NCBI RefSeq assembly: GCF_009914755.1
Contig: NC_060928.1
Origin: the human T2T-CHM13v2.0 reference genome, Homo sapiens
Strand: one strand, 5' to 3'
Length of the DNA stretch: 64,000 nucleotides
Shown: positions 46,668 to 58,468 of the stretch, piece after piece
How the letters are laid out: every line of letters starts with the position of its first letter
Position numbering within the stretch: position 1 is the stretch's first letter
Translations under genes and position numbers: made by a program
The notes under the pieces: generated by a model
What the model was told of the DNA's origin: nothing
Databases searched by the model: none
The model's input: the letters and a program-made list of their open reading frames with translations, nothing else

Positions 46668-46809
46668 TGATCCTTGCAAAGTGCTGGGGAAAATAGGAAA
46701 GGATGAAGGAATAAATCTGTCTTCACAAAGTTTATTACATGATTATTTTAGTTGACTAAACTAATTTAATACATATGAGTGAAGTGACAAAGCAGCACGA
46801 AAGCGCAAA
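46668..46809 (+). repeat. Copy 2 of a 142-bp local duplication (inside LTR33)
   Basis: Direct repeat of 45030-45171, about 91% identical. Confidence 0.92.
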
Positions 46810-47310
46810 GCGCCTGTCCTCTGAATGTTTGCTTCCTACCTGTCTGGTGATTCTGAATCTGCTCTGGCATTAGCAACCCACAGAAACTCTCCACCATCCA
46901 GCGAGCTGCAACCATACTTTCTCCAGAAAAGTCTCAGAGGGGGCTTCCATTCCAGCTTTGTCCTTTCTTGGGTAATCTCTCTCAGTCCTACAACACTATT
47001 GGATTACTGTTAACATTTTCATATTTTCCTTTCATTTTAGATTAATTATACTTTATATTAAACTTCCTGCTTTAACTGCAGCATGGATTTTGTCTTTTGA
47101 TTGTACCCAGACTCATACATAAGAGTAACTGAAAGACATATAAGTATAAATTCAAAGTAAATGTTTCCCAAACTAATTTCCCTTTAGTTTGAACTAAAAA
47201 ACAATGTCTATGACCATTAAAACATCACCGAAGAGATGAGGTGGGTAAAGTCAATTCATAGTTGAAAGAGACGGCAGTTTTAATCAGTGAACTTAATAAT
47301 TTCTCTCTCT

Positions 47311-47584
47311 CTATGTATGTGTATATATATGTATGTGTATGTATGTGTATGTGTGTGTATATATATGTGTGTATATATATGGGTGTATGTGTGTATACAC
47401 ACACATGTATGTATATATGTGTGTGTATATATATGTATGTGTGTATATATATATATATGGGTGTATGTGTGTGTGTATATATGTGTGTGTGTGTATATAT
47501 ATATATATATTTGTGTATACACACATACGTCCATGCACCCAGACAGGTGCACAGACACACACACACATACACAGACACACACAC
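47311..47584. repeat. Compound (TA/TG)n...(CA)n microsatellite
   Basis: Direct reading. Confidence 0.95.
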
Positions 47585-47697
47585 ATTCAGGTCTTGGCCT
47601 TGGAAGGGACTATGCAAGTTAGCTTAATGAAAAATTATCCTCAGCCTTGAGAGGTCTAGTCTTTCTCTGGACAATCATTTCCCCATAAAAACTCCAT

Positions 47698-47922
47698 CCT
47701 AGGATTGGCAAACTACAGCCAGTGAGACGAATCCAGTCTGGCATGTGCTTTTATAAATACAGTTTTATTAAAACACATCCATACCTATTCCTTTCAATGT
47801 TCTCTATGGCTGCTTTCATGTTGTAATGGCATAGTCAAGTAGTTACAACAAAGATCATATGAATCACAAAGCTAAAATACTTACTGCTTTGTTTTTACTG
47901 ACGAGATCTGCTGATGTTTACT
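47698..47922 (+). mobile_element. MER58A-like non-autonomous hAT element
   Basis: GGATTGGCAAACTACAGCC...GTTTTATTAAAACAC...TCTATGGCTGCTTTC...AAAGCTAAAATACTTACT. Confidence 0.8.
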
Positions 47923-50231
47923 CTATATTATTAAAGGGCATTGAGATTTCAGTAGATAACCATTTACGTTGCATACAAACAAAAAATGCGAGCCCTTTCC
48001 AGCCAGCTATTAGTTTCTGATCCAGAAACTGAGGAACAACTCTATATATTTCTATTAAAAGTCAAGCAGTTGATGGCTTGCCACTCAGGGACCTTGAAAT
48101 TTTACATTTAATTCCTCTACTATGCTATGAATTATTGTTAATGTCGAAGACTGAACACTGAATTATATGTTACCTTGTAATAGTGCTTTAAAAAGACAGG
48201 GTGAATATACACTTAAAGGAATTCTGCAGTGGGAGCAAAGAGAAAATAGACTTGAGTACCACTGTAAATAAGAGAAAGCTATTATCAAAGCAGAAAGGCT
48301 AGGATTTGGAACTCATATTGGAGGCATATTGGAGAAGAGGAGTGAAAATTTAAGATGAGACTGGAAAAATAGATTAGTTGGGCACTTCAGTCCACAATTT
48401 TTCTCCTTTCAAATAAGACTAGCATATGTAAAGAACAACATTAAGGAAGGCTTATAGAAGAATTGGGACATACTATAAAGATCATCTATCCAGTGAGATG
48501 GGCAGGCTCTCTTCACTTCAAAAGACTACCAAGTCCAGCTAAGCAATGAGATAACTCCAAAAATAAATGAGGAACTATTGAAGTGATATGTAAATGGACG
48601 TACAGCTAGAATCAAATTTGATTTTGCTTTGTTTCAAGAACAATATGGAAGAAATAAATCTGACATGCCAACTGCTGACATAAATATATCAAAACATAAA
48701 AATCTGAAGTGAAAAAGACAGGTAGGTCTTTCTTAAATAATAAAAACTAAACTAAAAAATGCTAGTTATTTGACATTATTCTTTCCGTTCTTAAATGTAT
48801 CTTGAAGAAAGATTTGAATATGTATTCAAATATTTAGGATGAATCCTATCATTAATCACTAATTTGAATACAATCATATTTAAAATAAAATTTCCTTTCT
48901 GTAGACACCTAGGGGAAGATGGATGTACTTAATTTAATAGGAAAATGTCTTTAACTGTGGACTCTGAATACAGAAGCAGCTAGTTTTCATGCTCTATTAT
49001 TTTATGCATATTCTGACTTATACTCTGAATCTGCCATAAAGCACTATTCACCACATCAAGAAAGAGAAGCTGCCTTTCTTGATGTGGTGTGTTTGAAATA
49101 TAATAGGAGAATAACAGATACATGTTACTTTGAATAAATATAAAATCACTTACAGTGCAGTTGTTATTGTATTTTGTATGAATAAGCTTTCTTTGGAGTT
49201 TGTACTTAGGCGCAAAACAGATAGTACAAGTGTGTTTTAAATGATTTGTCCATTAAAGTAACTTGATTCATACAGCTCTTACACCTCTCAATACAAAGAC
49301 ATCTCGTTCATTACTATATGTGTCATTACTGATATATAAGTAACCATGATAACATTGGTATCCAGGAATTATCATTGATCCCACAATAAGACATATTAGG
49401 AGTCAACTTATTCAACTTACTCAGAGAGAGTAAAAGTAACATCCGCCCCAGGGGAAGAAGAGGTGCATTTATTATAACCCTTCCCAGTATTGTCATATGG
49501 TGCCATTTTTTTATTTTCTAAAGGAGAAAACATCTTATAGAAGGAGATTAGTAATGTGTTCCAAGAATGGCATTTTCTTGCTGTGGTTTTCTGACACCAC
49601 GGTACGCCTTGACTCTATAGGTTAAAACACTTTCGTTAATTTAATCTCAGAGAAGGCACTCATAATGAGACAGGTGAAAACACCAACTAATTAACTGTAA
49701 AATGAAGTTTCATCATTTTTAATGGGAAGACTCAAGCTTCTGTTTGGTGACTCTTCTTCTTAGTACCAAGTTACCCTCCCCCAAACAAAAGAATCACAAA
49801 ATATTTATTTAGCATATGAGTTTAGCAAAGCAATAATGTATTTTGCTATCAAGTTCTTTCTCTCCCACAGTAGAAAATACTCATTTAGAAACAAGGATAT
49901 TCTTAGCTCACTGTCCTTTAGACAGCGCTGTATAAGCGCTGAACAATTCTAAATGTTTTTTTCCCCATTTTTATCCCCATTCAGACCACTACTCTTCTGC
50001 TGAGACACACTATTTTCTTATGGCTTCAAGGAAGGGATTGTTTTTCAGCATTACAGCATTAGTTTCCTTTCAAACCTTAGTCCTTCTAATTCCCTATCAA
50101 CAACACATTTAACTACCACGATTTAGGATAGATTATTATCATAATTGGTCCACCTCTTCTTTAGGCTGTAGCTTATACTGCTTTACCTCGGAGAGGGTAC
50201 AGTCAACATCAGCTCCAAGGGAAGAAAATGA

Positions 50232-50283
50232 TCAGGAGGAAGAGAATAAAGAGAAGGAAGAAAAGGAAGAGGAGGAAGAAGAA
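50232..50283. repeat. GA-rich low-complexity tract
   Basis: GGAGGAAGAGAATAAAGAGAAGGAAGAAAAGGAAGAGGAGGAAGAAGAA. Confidence 0.8.
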
Positions 50284-50529
50284 TATCACAGTAAGTGGGA
50301 AAAGTAGTCATTATGGATAATGTACTGAGAATTTATTAAAAGTGCTTATTTACATGTGTTTAACCAACCAGCCCCAAAATGCAACAAAAATGCCAAATAG
50401 TTTGTCACTCTGAATGCCAAAGTCAACATATGGAAAAACATGAGTTAGAAAGTTAGGGAGTGATTTTGTAATATAGTGGTATGTAGATTTTCTAGTAAGA
50501 AATGTTTTAAATAACCTCATTCTTTTCTT

Positions 50530-50665
50530 TGTTCGTTTAGTCAACAAATTTGTATTGCAGGACTACTCTACACAGAGATGGTTCTAAGCACTGGGAATAC
50601 AGGACTGAACAAGAGAGGTATGATCCCCACTGTTCTGGAATTTGCATTCTAGTTAGAAAAAATCA
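50530..50665 (-). mobile_element. L2 3'-end relic
   Basis: TCAACAAATTTGTATTG...GTTCTAAGCACTGGGAATACAGGACTGAACAAGA...TTGCATTCTAGT. Confidence 0.75.
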
Positions 50666-51149
50666 GAGAAGGAGAGCAACTAGAAATCATTTTTACATAT
50701 TATAAATTCTTTCAATTGAAGTAAGAACATTGTGGAATGCTACAATCTGTGTTTAGTTGTTTTTATGTTGTCCTTTATTAATAAAGTTAGAAGCAGAAAA
50801 GACTAGAAAATTAGTCCTCACTTCCAAAGTAGAAGTATTAATACAGTAAATCAGTCTAAATTTTCATTTTGATTACACATTTTTGATAACCATATACTGC
50901 TTAAGGTTGTTATGAATAAACAACAAAAATCTACCTAAAATTTTCCACCTGTTGAGATATTGCTTTTGAAATTTCCTTGAGGACAATGTTCCACAAATTT
51001 GCTCTGTAAAAGGCCAGACAGTAAATATTTTTGGCTTTGGAAGGCAAGATATGAAATTGAGGATATTATATAGATATTTACATTGCTAGAGAGGAAACTA
51101 TTCTTCACAAATTTTTATTGATGAAATTAAAAACATAATATTTGTTTAT

Positions 51150-52930
51150 TGATGAAATTAAACAAATAATGGTGGACCTGTTTTTTTTTTTTTTTTTGTA
51201 ATACAGGTCTACTTATGAGGAATGGAATTTTGGAAAGGAAGATAACATCTAATTGAGAATCGATAGCTTTTTGATCAAAAACAACTGCACATGTTCATCT
51301 GTTAATGGTAATCTGTAATGATTTTTTATATATGTCCTCTTTGAAAATACTTTCTCACATAGATCCCGCCAAACACTGATTATCAATTCACAAGCAAATT
51401 ATTTTAATTAAATATATGCATCTTTTGGAAGGCATTTATAGAATTCCATTAGATTTTTGTTCTGGATATTTGCCTTTAAGCAATTATTATATTGCAGATT
51501 TACAATTCCAATTGAAAATTAAGCAGAAGCTCCTCAATAGCATAATTAAAATGAATTTTGACATATGAAAATTTACTTTGCACTAGTTTGAGTTTGGAAA
51601 ATCTATCTGGTGCAAAATTGGGTGGGAATGAGGATCTGGCTTCTTAACTGTTGAGAGAACATGCAGTGCATAAAGTAACTTGACATTGCTTGTGACTCAA
51701 AGTGTTTAAGTTGTTGAAATAGTTTTACTACAGTATAAGTTTCACATTTGAATACTGTTTGACCATGTAGTTTATGTTGAATTCATTATGAAACATCAAA
51801 TCTGCTGCAAAAACTAACTTAATGCTATTTGTTTTCTGATTATAGTGGTTGAGGGCATTTCTTTCTTTCCAGAAAAATTTCTGCATCAACCCTGAGCTGA
51901 AAATATTGCAATGAAACTTGACCACTGCTAAGCTATTGAAATGTGCGATAGGGTGAGTCAGGATACTCAGTTTTCATTTCAGTCAAAAATTCACAAAACT
52001 GACAATGGTTGAGTCCATGAGAGGGAATGAATTTCACTGTTGACACTACTGATTCAATAAAACATAATAGATTTTAGCATTTTCCTCAAAAACCTGCTGG
52101 TGAATAGTAAAGTGGGCAATGATGGGCTTTAAACCCTTTACATTTTCATATGTCTTGTAAGTTTGTTCAAATAAGCCTTTCCCTGCTCCATATGTATTTT
52201 TATTATCAGTCGTACCAGCAGACCCCATTTCACGTTGTACTGGATTCAAGCTTTCTCAACTTCCATAAAAAATTCCTCACCTCCCCTAGTTTTGTGCAGA
52301 CCACTCTTAGGGGTTAATTATATAATCAGTTAAAGCTTGATATTGACTCATCAAATAAGTAACAACTGATGAGTGTTAGCAACATCTGTGAACTCATCAG
52401 GAGCAATGCAAAGCCAGTCAAAATCATTTGCTTTTAAAAAATAAGGTAAATTGATTATCAATGCTGCTCCCAGTGTCCTTAACTCATCAAGTAACTGTTC
52501 TGGCTAAAAGGCTAATCATATTAAACAAGTTTGTTTTCTCTAAACACATTTCTTTCAGCTGCTCAAATCTAACATGATTTAAATAACTCACCATTGGTAA
52601 ATGGCTTTTCTTGCTTGGCTAAAAAATGGGACATTTGAAATTTTATTATGGTTGTAGCCTCAGTCTCATTTGTTATTTTTGTGAAGAAATTCTACTGTGA
52701 TGAGATACGCTGTTTTAAATTTTCTAGTTTTTCTAAACATTGCATTTCTGTGAGTAGGAAATATTGTGAACAATGCTTAGTTTGTTAATGTCAATATAAT
52801 TTTTTTAAGAATAGATATATCATCGTTGGGCAATTTGCTATCAAATTCAGTACAAAATAATTCATACTCAACTGTGCCTTAAATATGCAACATTTAAAGT
52901 CATTTTTCTTCTTTTTGTTTTAAATTTATG
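51150..52930 (-). pseudogene. Decayed hAT (Charlie/Cheshire-type) transposase
   Basis: Minus-strand translations: ANDFDWLCIAPDEFTDV (52381-52430, DESTD-like), TTDNKNTYGAGKGL and HFTIHQQV (HCxxHQ-like, ~52092-52215), PYRTFQ*LSSGQV (RWLS-like), KLVFAADL. Many stops and frameshifts; boundaries approximate. Confidence 0.8.
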
Positions 52931-53156
52931 GTTGTGTACTAGTAATAAAATATACATTAAGTGTTGTGTTATAGCGACGTGGAATTTGGAATGCTACAGA
53001 GTTTTAACTATATTAACACAATTTTTAGAGTACCAAGCATTAGCATGAAGCAATAAGAGTGCCACATACATGCATTCTCTTTCAAAACAACTGAACTTCT
53101 CTACTGTTGTAATGCAAAGCAGCCATAGACAATACATGAATGAAGAGCATGACTGC

Positions 53157-53556
53157 TGTCAGGCCTCTGAGCCTAAGCTAAGCCATCATATCCCCTGTGA
53201 CCTGCAGGTACACATCCAGATGGCCGGTTCCTGCCTTAACTGATGACATTCCACCACAAAAGAAGTGAAAATGCCTGTTCCTGCCTTAACTGATGACACT
53301 GTCTTGTGAATTCCTTCTGCTGGCTCATCCTGGCTCAAAAGCTCCCCCACTGAGTACCTTGTGACCCCCATTCCTGCCCGCCAGAGAACAACCCCCCTTT
53401 TTCCTTTACCTACCCAAATCCTATAAAATGGCCCCACCCCTATCTCCCTTCATTGACTCTCTTTTCGGACTCAGCCCGCCTGCACCCAGGTGTTTAAAAG
53501 ATTTATTGCTCACACAAAGCCCGTTTGGCAGTCTCTTCACACGGATGCACATGAAA
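53157..53556 (+). promoter_or_regulatory. 5' LTR (LTR7 family)
   Basis: TGTCAGGCCTCTGAG...CATGAAA; two GTTCCTGCCTTAACTGATGACA repeats; ACAAAAGA at 53256-53263; TATAAAA at 53422-53428; CCCCACCCC at 53432-53440. Confidence 0.95.
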
Positions 53557-53558
53557 TT

Positions 53559-53576
53559 TGGCGCCGTGACTCGGAT
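53559..53576 (+). other. Primer-binding site, tRNA-His type (one mismatch)
   Basis: TGGCGCCGTGACTCGGAT versus canonical TGGTGCCGTGACTCGGAT. Confidence 0.9.
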
Positions 53577-53698
53577 GGGCGACCTGCATTAGGAGATCAA
53601 TCCCCTGTCCTCCTGCTCTTTGCTCCGTGAGAAAAGTTCACCTACGACCTCAGGTCCTCCGACCGACCAGCCCAAGAAACATCTCACCAATTTCAAAT

Positions 53699-53707
53699 CC
53701 AGTAAGC
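53699..53707 (+). other. HERV-H major splice donor
   Basis: CCA|GTAAGC (GT at 53702-53703) at the known leader position; the -1 base is A rather than the usual G. Confidence 0.7.
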
Positions 53708-54100
53708 GGCCTCTTTTTACTCTCTTCTCCAACCTCCCTCACTATCCCTCAACGTCTTTCTCCTTTCAATCTTGGTGCCACACTTCAATCTCCCCCTTCT
53801 CTTAATTTCAATTCCTTTCATTTTCTGGTAAGAGACAAAGGAGACACGTTTTATCCGTGGACCCAAAACTCCGGCATCAGTGATGGACTAGGGAAGGCAG
53901 CCTTCCCTTGGTGTTTAATCATTGCAGGGATGCCTCTCTGATTATTCAACCAGGTTTCAGAGGTGTCAGACCACGTGGGGATGCCTGCCGTGGTCCTTCA
54001 CCCTTAGCATCAAGTCCCGCTTTTCTGGGGGAGGGGCAAGTACACCAACCCCTTCTCCTTCACCCTTAGTGGCAAGTCCCGCTTTTCTTGGAGGAAAGAA

Positions 54101-54260
54101 CCCCCAATCCCTTATTTCCGTGCCCCGACCTCTTATCTCTGTGCCCCAATCCCTTATTTCCATGCCCCGACCTCTTATCTCTGCGCTCCAATCCCTTATT
54201 TCTGCACCCTGACCTCTTATCTCTGCACCCCAACCCCTTATTTCCATGCCTTGACCCCTT
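54101..54260 (+). repeat. HERV-H leader tandem repeats (~20-21 bp units, ~7 copies)
   Basis: Alternating CCCTTATTTCCGTGCCCCGA / CCTCTTATCTCTGTGCCCCAA units. Confidence 0.9.
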
Positions 54261-54347
54261 TCCCACTTTTCTGGAAGGTAAGAAACCCCTGAACCCCTTC
54301 CCTCCGTGTCTCTACTTTCTCTTTTCTCTAGGCTTGCCTCCTTCACT

Positions 54348-55572
54348 ATGGGCAATCTTCCACCCTCCAGTCCTCCGTCTCCCTTAGCCTGTGCTCTCAA
54401 GAACTTAAAACCTCTTCAACTCACACCTGACCTAAAACCTAAATGCCTTATTTTCTTCTGCAATGCAGCTTGACCCCAATACAAACTTGACAGTGGTTCC
54501 AAATAGCCAGAAAATGGCACTTTCAATTTTTCCATCCTGCAAGATCTAAATAATTCTTGTTGTCAAATAGGCAAATGGTCTGAGGTGCCTGACATCCAGG
54601 CATTCTTTTACACATCGGTCCCTCTCTAGTCTCTGTTCCCAATGCAACTCATCCCAAATCTTCCTTCTTTCCCTCCCACCTGGCCCCTCAGTCCCAACCC
54701 CAAGCGTCACTGAGTCTTTCTAATCTTCCTTTTCTACAGACCCATCTGACCTCTCCCCTCCTCCCCAGGCTGCTCCTCGCCAGGCCAAGCTAGGTTCCAA
54801 TTCTTCCTCAGCCTCCGCTCCTCCACCCTATAATCCTTTTATCACCTCTGCTCCTCACACCTGGTCCGGCTTACAGTTTCGTTCTGTGACTAGCCCTCCC
54901 CCACCTGCCCAGCGATTTACTCTTACAAAGGCGGCTGGAGCTAAAGGCATAGTCAAGGTTAATGCTCTTTTTTCTTTATCCCAAATCAGATAGCATTTAG
55001 GCTCTTTTTCATCAAATATAAAAATCCAGCCCAGTTCATGGCTTGTTTGGCAGCAACACTGAGACGCTTTACAGCCCTAGACCCTAAAAAGTCAAAAGGC
55101 CATCTTATTCTCAATACACATTTTATTACCCAATCTGCTCCTGACATTAAATAAAAATCCAAAAATTAAATTCCGGCCCTCAAACCCCACAACAGGACTA
55201 AAGTAACCTCACCTTCAAGGTGTACAATAATAGAGGCACCAAGTAGCAACATATTTCTGAGTTGCAATTCCTTTCCTCCACTGTGAGACAAACCCCAGCC
55301 ACATCTCCAGCACACAAGAACTTCCAAACACCTAAACCGCACTGGCCAGGCATTCCTCCAGAACCACCTCCCCCAGGAGCTTGCTACAAGTGCCAGAAAT
55401 CTGCCCGCAGCCCGGGATTCCTCCTAAGCCGTGTCCCATCTGTGCGGGACCCCACTGGAAATCGGACTCTTCAACTCACCTGGCAGCCACTCCCAGAGAT
55501 GCTGGAACTCTGGCCCAAGGCTCTCTGACTGACTCCTTCCCAGACCTTCTCGGCTTAGCAGCTAAAGACTGA
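54348..55572 (+). pseudogene. gag: HERV-H gag relic
   Basis: ATGGGCAATCTTCC start; zinc-knuckle remnants CYKCQKS (truncated by deletion) and CPICAGPHWKSDS; multiple stops. Confidence 0.8.
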
Positions 55573-55589
55573 CGCTGCCTGATCACCTC

Positions 55590-57860
55590 AGAAGCCCCCT
55601 AGACCATCACAGACGCCGAGCTTCAGGTAACTCTCACAGTGGAAGGTAAGTCCGTCCCCTTCTTAAGCAATACGGAGGCTACCCACTCCACATTACCTTC
55701 TTTTCAAGGGCCTGTTTCCCTTGCCTCCATAACTGTTTGTGGGTATTGACAGCCAGGCTTCTAAACTTCTTAAAACTCCCCAACTCTGGTGCCAACTTAG
55801 ACAATACTCTTTTAAGCACTCCTTTTAGTTATCCGCACCTGCCCAGTTCCCTTATTATGCCGAGACACCTTAACTAAATTATCTGCTTCCCTAACTATTC
55901 CTGGATTACAGCTACATCTCATTGAAGCCCTTCTTCCCAATCCAAAGCCTCCTTTGCATCCTCCTCTTGTATCCCCCAACCTTAACCCACAAGTATAAGA
56001 TACCTCTACTCCCTCCTTGGTGACCGATCATGCACCCCTTACCATCTCATTAAAACCTAATCACCCTTACCCCACTCAATGCCAATATCCCATCCCACAG
56101 CATGCTTTGAAAGGATTAAAGCCTGTTATCACTTGCCTGCTACAGCATGGCCTTTCAATCCTTAATACCTCCCTCCACAATCCATTATTCTGTTCTGGAT
56201 CTCAAACATGCTTTCTTTACTATTCCTTTGCACCCTTCATCACAGCCTATCTTCGCTTTCACTTGGATTGACCCTGACACCCATCAGGCTCAGCAAATTA
56301 CCTGGGCTGTACTGCCACAAAGCTTCACAGACAGCCCCCATTACTTCAGTCAAGCCCAAATTTCTTCCTCATCTGTTAGCTATCTCAGCATAATTCTCAT
56401 AAAAACACACGTGCGCTCCCTGCCGATCGTGTCCAACTAGTCTCTCAAACCCCAATCCATTCTACAAAACAACAACTCCTTTCCTTCCTGGGTATGGTTA
56501 GATACTTTCACATTTAGATACCTGGTTTTGCCATCCTAACAAAACCATTATATAAACTCACAAAAGGAAACCTAGCCGACCCCATAGATACTAAATCCTT
56601 TCCCCCACTCCTCTTTCCATTCCTTGAAGACAGCTTTAGAAACTGCCCCCACTATAGCTCTCCCTGACTCATCCTAACCCTTTTCATTACACACAGCTGA
56701 AGTGCAGGGCTGTGCAGTAAGAATTCTTACACAAGGATGAGGATCGCGTCCTGTAGCCTTTTTGTCCAAACAACTTGACCTTACTGTTTTAGGCTGGCCA
56801 TCATGTCTCCATGCAGTGGCTGCTACCACCCTAATATTTTAGAGGCCCTTAAAATCACAAACTATGCTCAATGCACTCTCTACAGCTCTCATAATTTCCA
56901 GAATCTATTTTCTTCCTCACACCTGATGCATATACTTTCTGCTCCCCGGCTCCTTCAGCTGTACTCACTCTTTGTTGAGTCTCCCACAGTTACCATTGTT
57001 CCTGGCTCGGACTTCAATCCGGCCTCCCACATTATTCCTGATACCACACCTGACCCTCATGACTGCATCTCTCTGATCCACCTGACATTCACCCCACTTC
57101 CCCACATTTCCTTCTTCACTGTTTCTCACCCTGAACACACTTGGTTTATTGATGGCAGTTCCACCAGGCCTAATTGCCACACACCAGAAAAGGCAGGCTA
57201 TGCTACAGTACAAGCCACTAGCCCGCCTCTTAAAACCTCTCATTTCTTTTCCATCGCGGAAATCTATCCTCAGGGAAATAAATTTTTAGTATTCCATCTG
57301 CTATTCTACTACTCCTCAAGGATTATTCAGGCCCCCTCCCCCCTTCCCTACACATCAAGCTCAAGGATTTGCCCCCGCCCAGGACTGGCAAATTAGCTTT
57401 ACTCAACATGCCCCGAGTCACAAAAACTAAAATACCTCTTAGTCTGGGTAGACACTTTCACTAGTTAGGTAGAGGCCTTTCCTACAGGGTCTGAGAAGGC
57501 CACCGCAGTCATTTCTTCCCTTCTGTCAGAAATAATTCCTCAGTTTAGCCTTCCCACCTCTATACAGTCTGATAACAGACCAGCCTGTATTAGTCAAATC
57601 AGCCAAGCAGTTTTTCAGGCTCTTAGTATTCAGTGAAACCTTTATATCCCTTACAGTCCTCAGTCTTCAGGAAAAGTAGAACAGACTAAAGGTCTTTTAA
57701 AAACACATCTCACCAAGCTCAGCCACCAACTTAAAAAGGAATAGACAATACTTTTACCACTTTCCCTTCTCAGAATTCAGACCTGTCCTCGGAATGCTAC
57801 AAAGTACAGCCCATTTAAGCTCCCGTATAGATGCTCCTTTTTATTAGGCCCCAGTCTCAT
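55590..57860 (+). pseudogene. pol: HERV-H pro-pol relic (protease, RT, RNase H, integrase) with internal deletions
   Basis: NTEAT protease-site relic (~55669), VLDLKHAFFTIPL and WAVLPQSFTDSPHYF (RT), WFIDGSS (RNase H), VWVDTF and IQSDN (integrase). Confidence 0.88.
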
Positions 57861-58455
57861 TCCAGACACCAGACCAACTTAGACTGTGCCCCCAAAACTT
57901 GTCATCCCTACTGTCTTCTGTCTAGTCATACTCCTATTCACCATTCTCAACTACTCATACATGCCCTGCTCTTGTTTACACTGCCGGTTTACACTGTTTC
58001 TCCAAGCCATCACAGCTGATATCTCCTGGTGCTATCCCCAAACTCCCACTCTTAACTCTTAAAGTAAATAAATAATCTTTGCTGGCAAGGCTATGCCGAA
58101 CCTCCTTAGGCACTCTCTAATTAGATGTCCTAGGTTCTCCCAATTCTTAGTCCTTTAATACCTGTTTTTCTCCTTCTCTTATTCTGTTTAGTTTTTCAAT
58201 TCATACAAAACCATATCCAGGCCATCACCAATAATTCTAAATGACAAATGTTTCTTCTAACAACCCCACAATATCACCCCTTACCACAAAATCTTCCTTC
58301 AGCTTAATCTCTCCCACTCTAGGTTCCCACACCGCCCCTAATCCTGCTAGAAGCAGCCCTGAGAAACATCTCCCATTATCTCTCCATACCATCCCCAAAA
58401 ATTTTTGCCGTCCCAACACGTTACCACTATTTCGTTTTATTTTTCTTATTAATAT

Positions 58456-58468
58456 AAGAAGACAGGAA
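58456..58468 (+). other. Polypurine tract
   Basis: AAGAAGACAGGAA immediately before the 3' LTR. Confidence 0.85.

Larger units (their letters stand above)
45996..47119 (+). mobile_element. LTR33-like solo LTR (ERVL), interrupted
   Basis: TGCCTCTCAGCTCCAAAC...TTTGCCAGCTGGC at the 5' end; TATATTAAACTTCC...CCCAGACTCATACA at the 3' end. Confidence 0.65.
45410..47310. mobile_element. Old hAT-Tip100 element (MER115/Zaphod-like) split by LTR33
   Basis: GGCCTGACATTTTTATAATTC...TTTAATGAAAAGAATTCAAA; GATGTGACCTCTGGC; resumes at ~47120. Recalled consensus only. Confidence 0.45.

Noticed and set aside
47225-47650. Six overlapping 90-130 aa ORFs rich in V/C/Y/I/H/T
   Set aside because: Artefacts of a dinucleotide microsatellite that lacks stop codons; the same applies to 5521-5828.
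54101-54260. Regular ~21-bp repeats superficially like a CRISPR or novel array
   Set aside because: No unique spacers; this is the tandem repeat of the HERV-H leader in eukaryotic DNA.
56803-57396. 197-aa ORF in HERV-H pol
   Set aside because: Fragment of the RT connection/RNase H region bounded by frameshifts and deletions; no complete enzyme.
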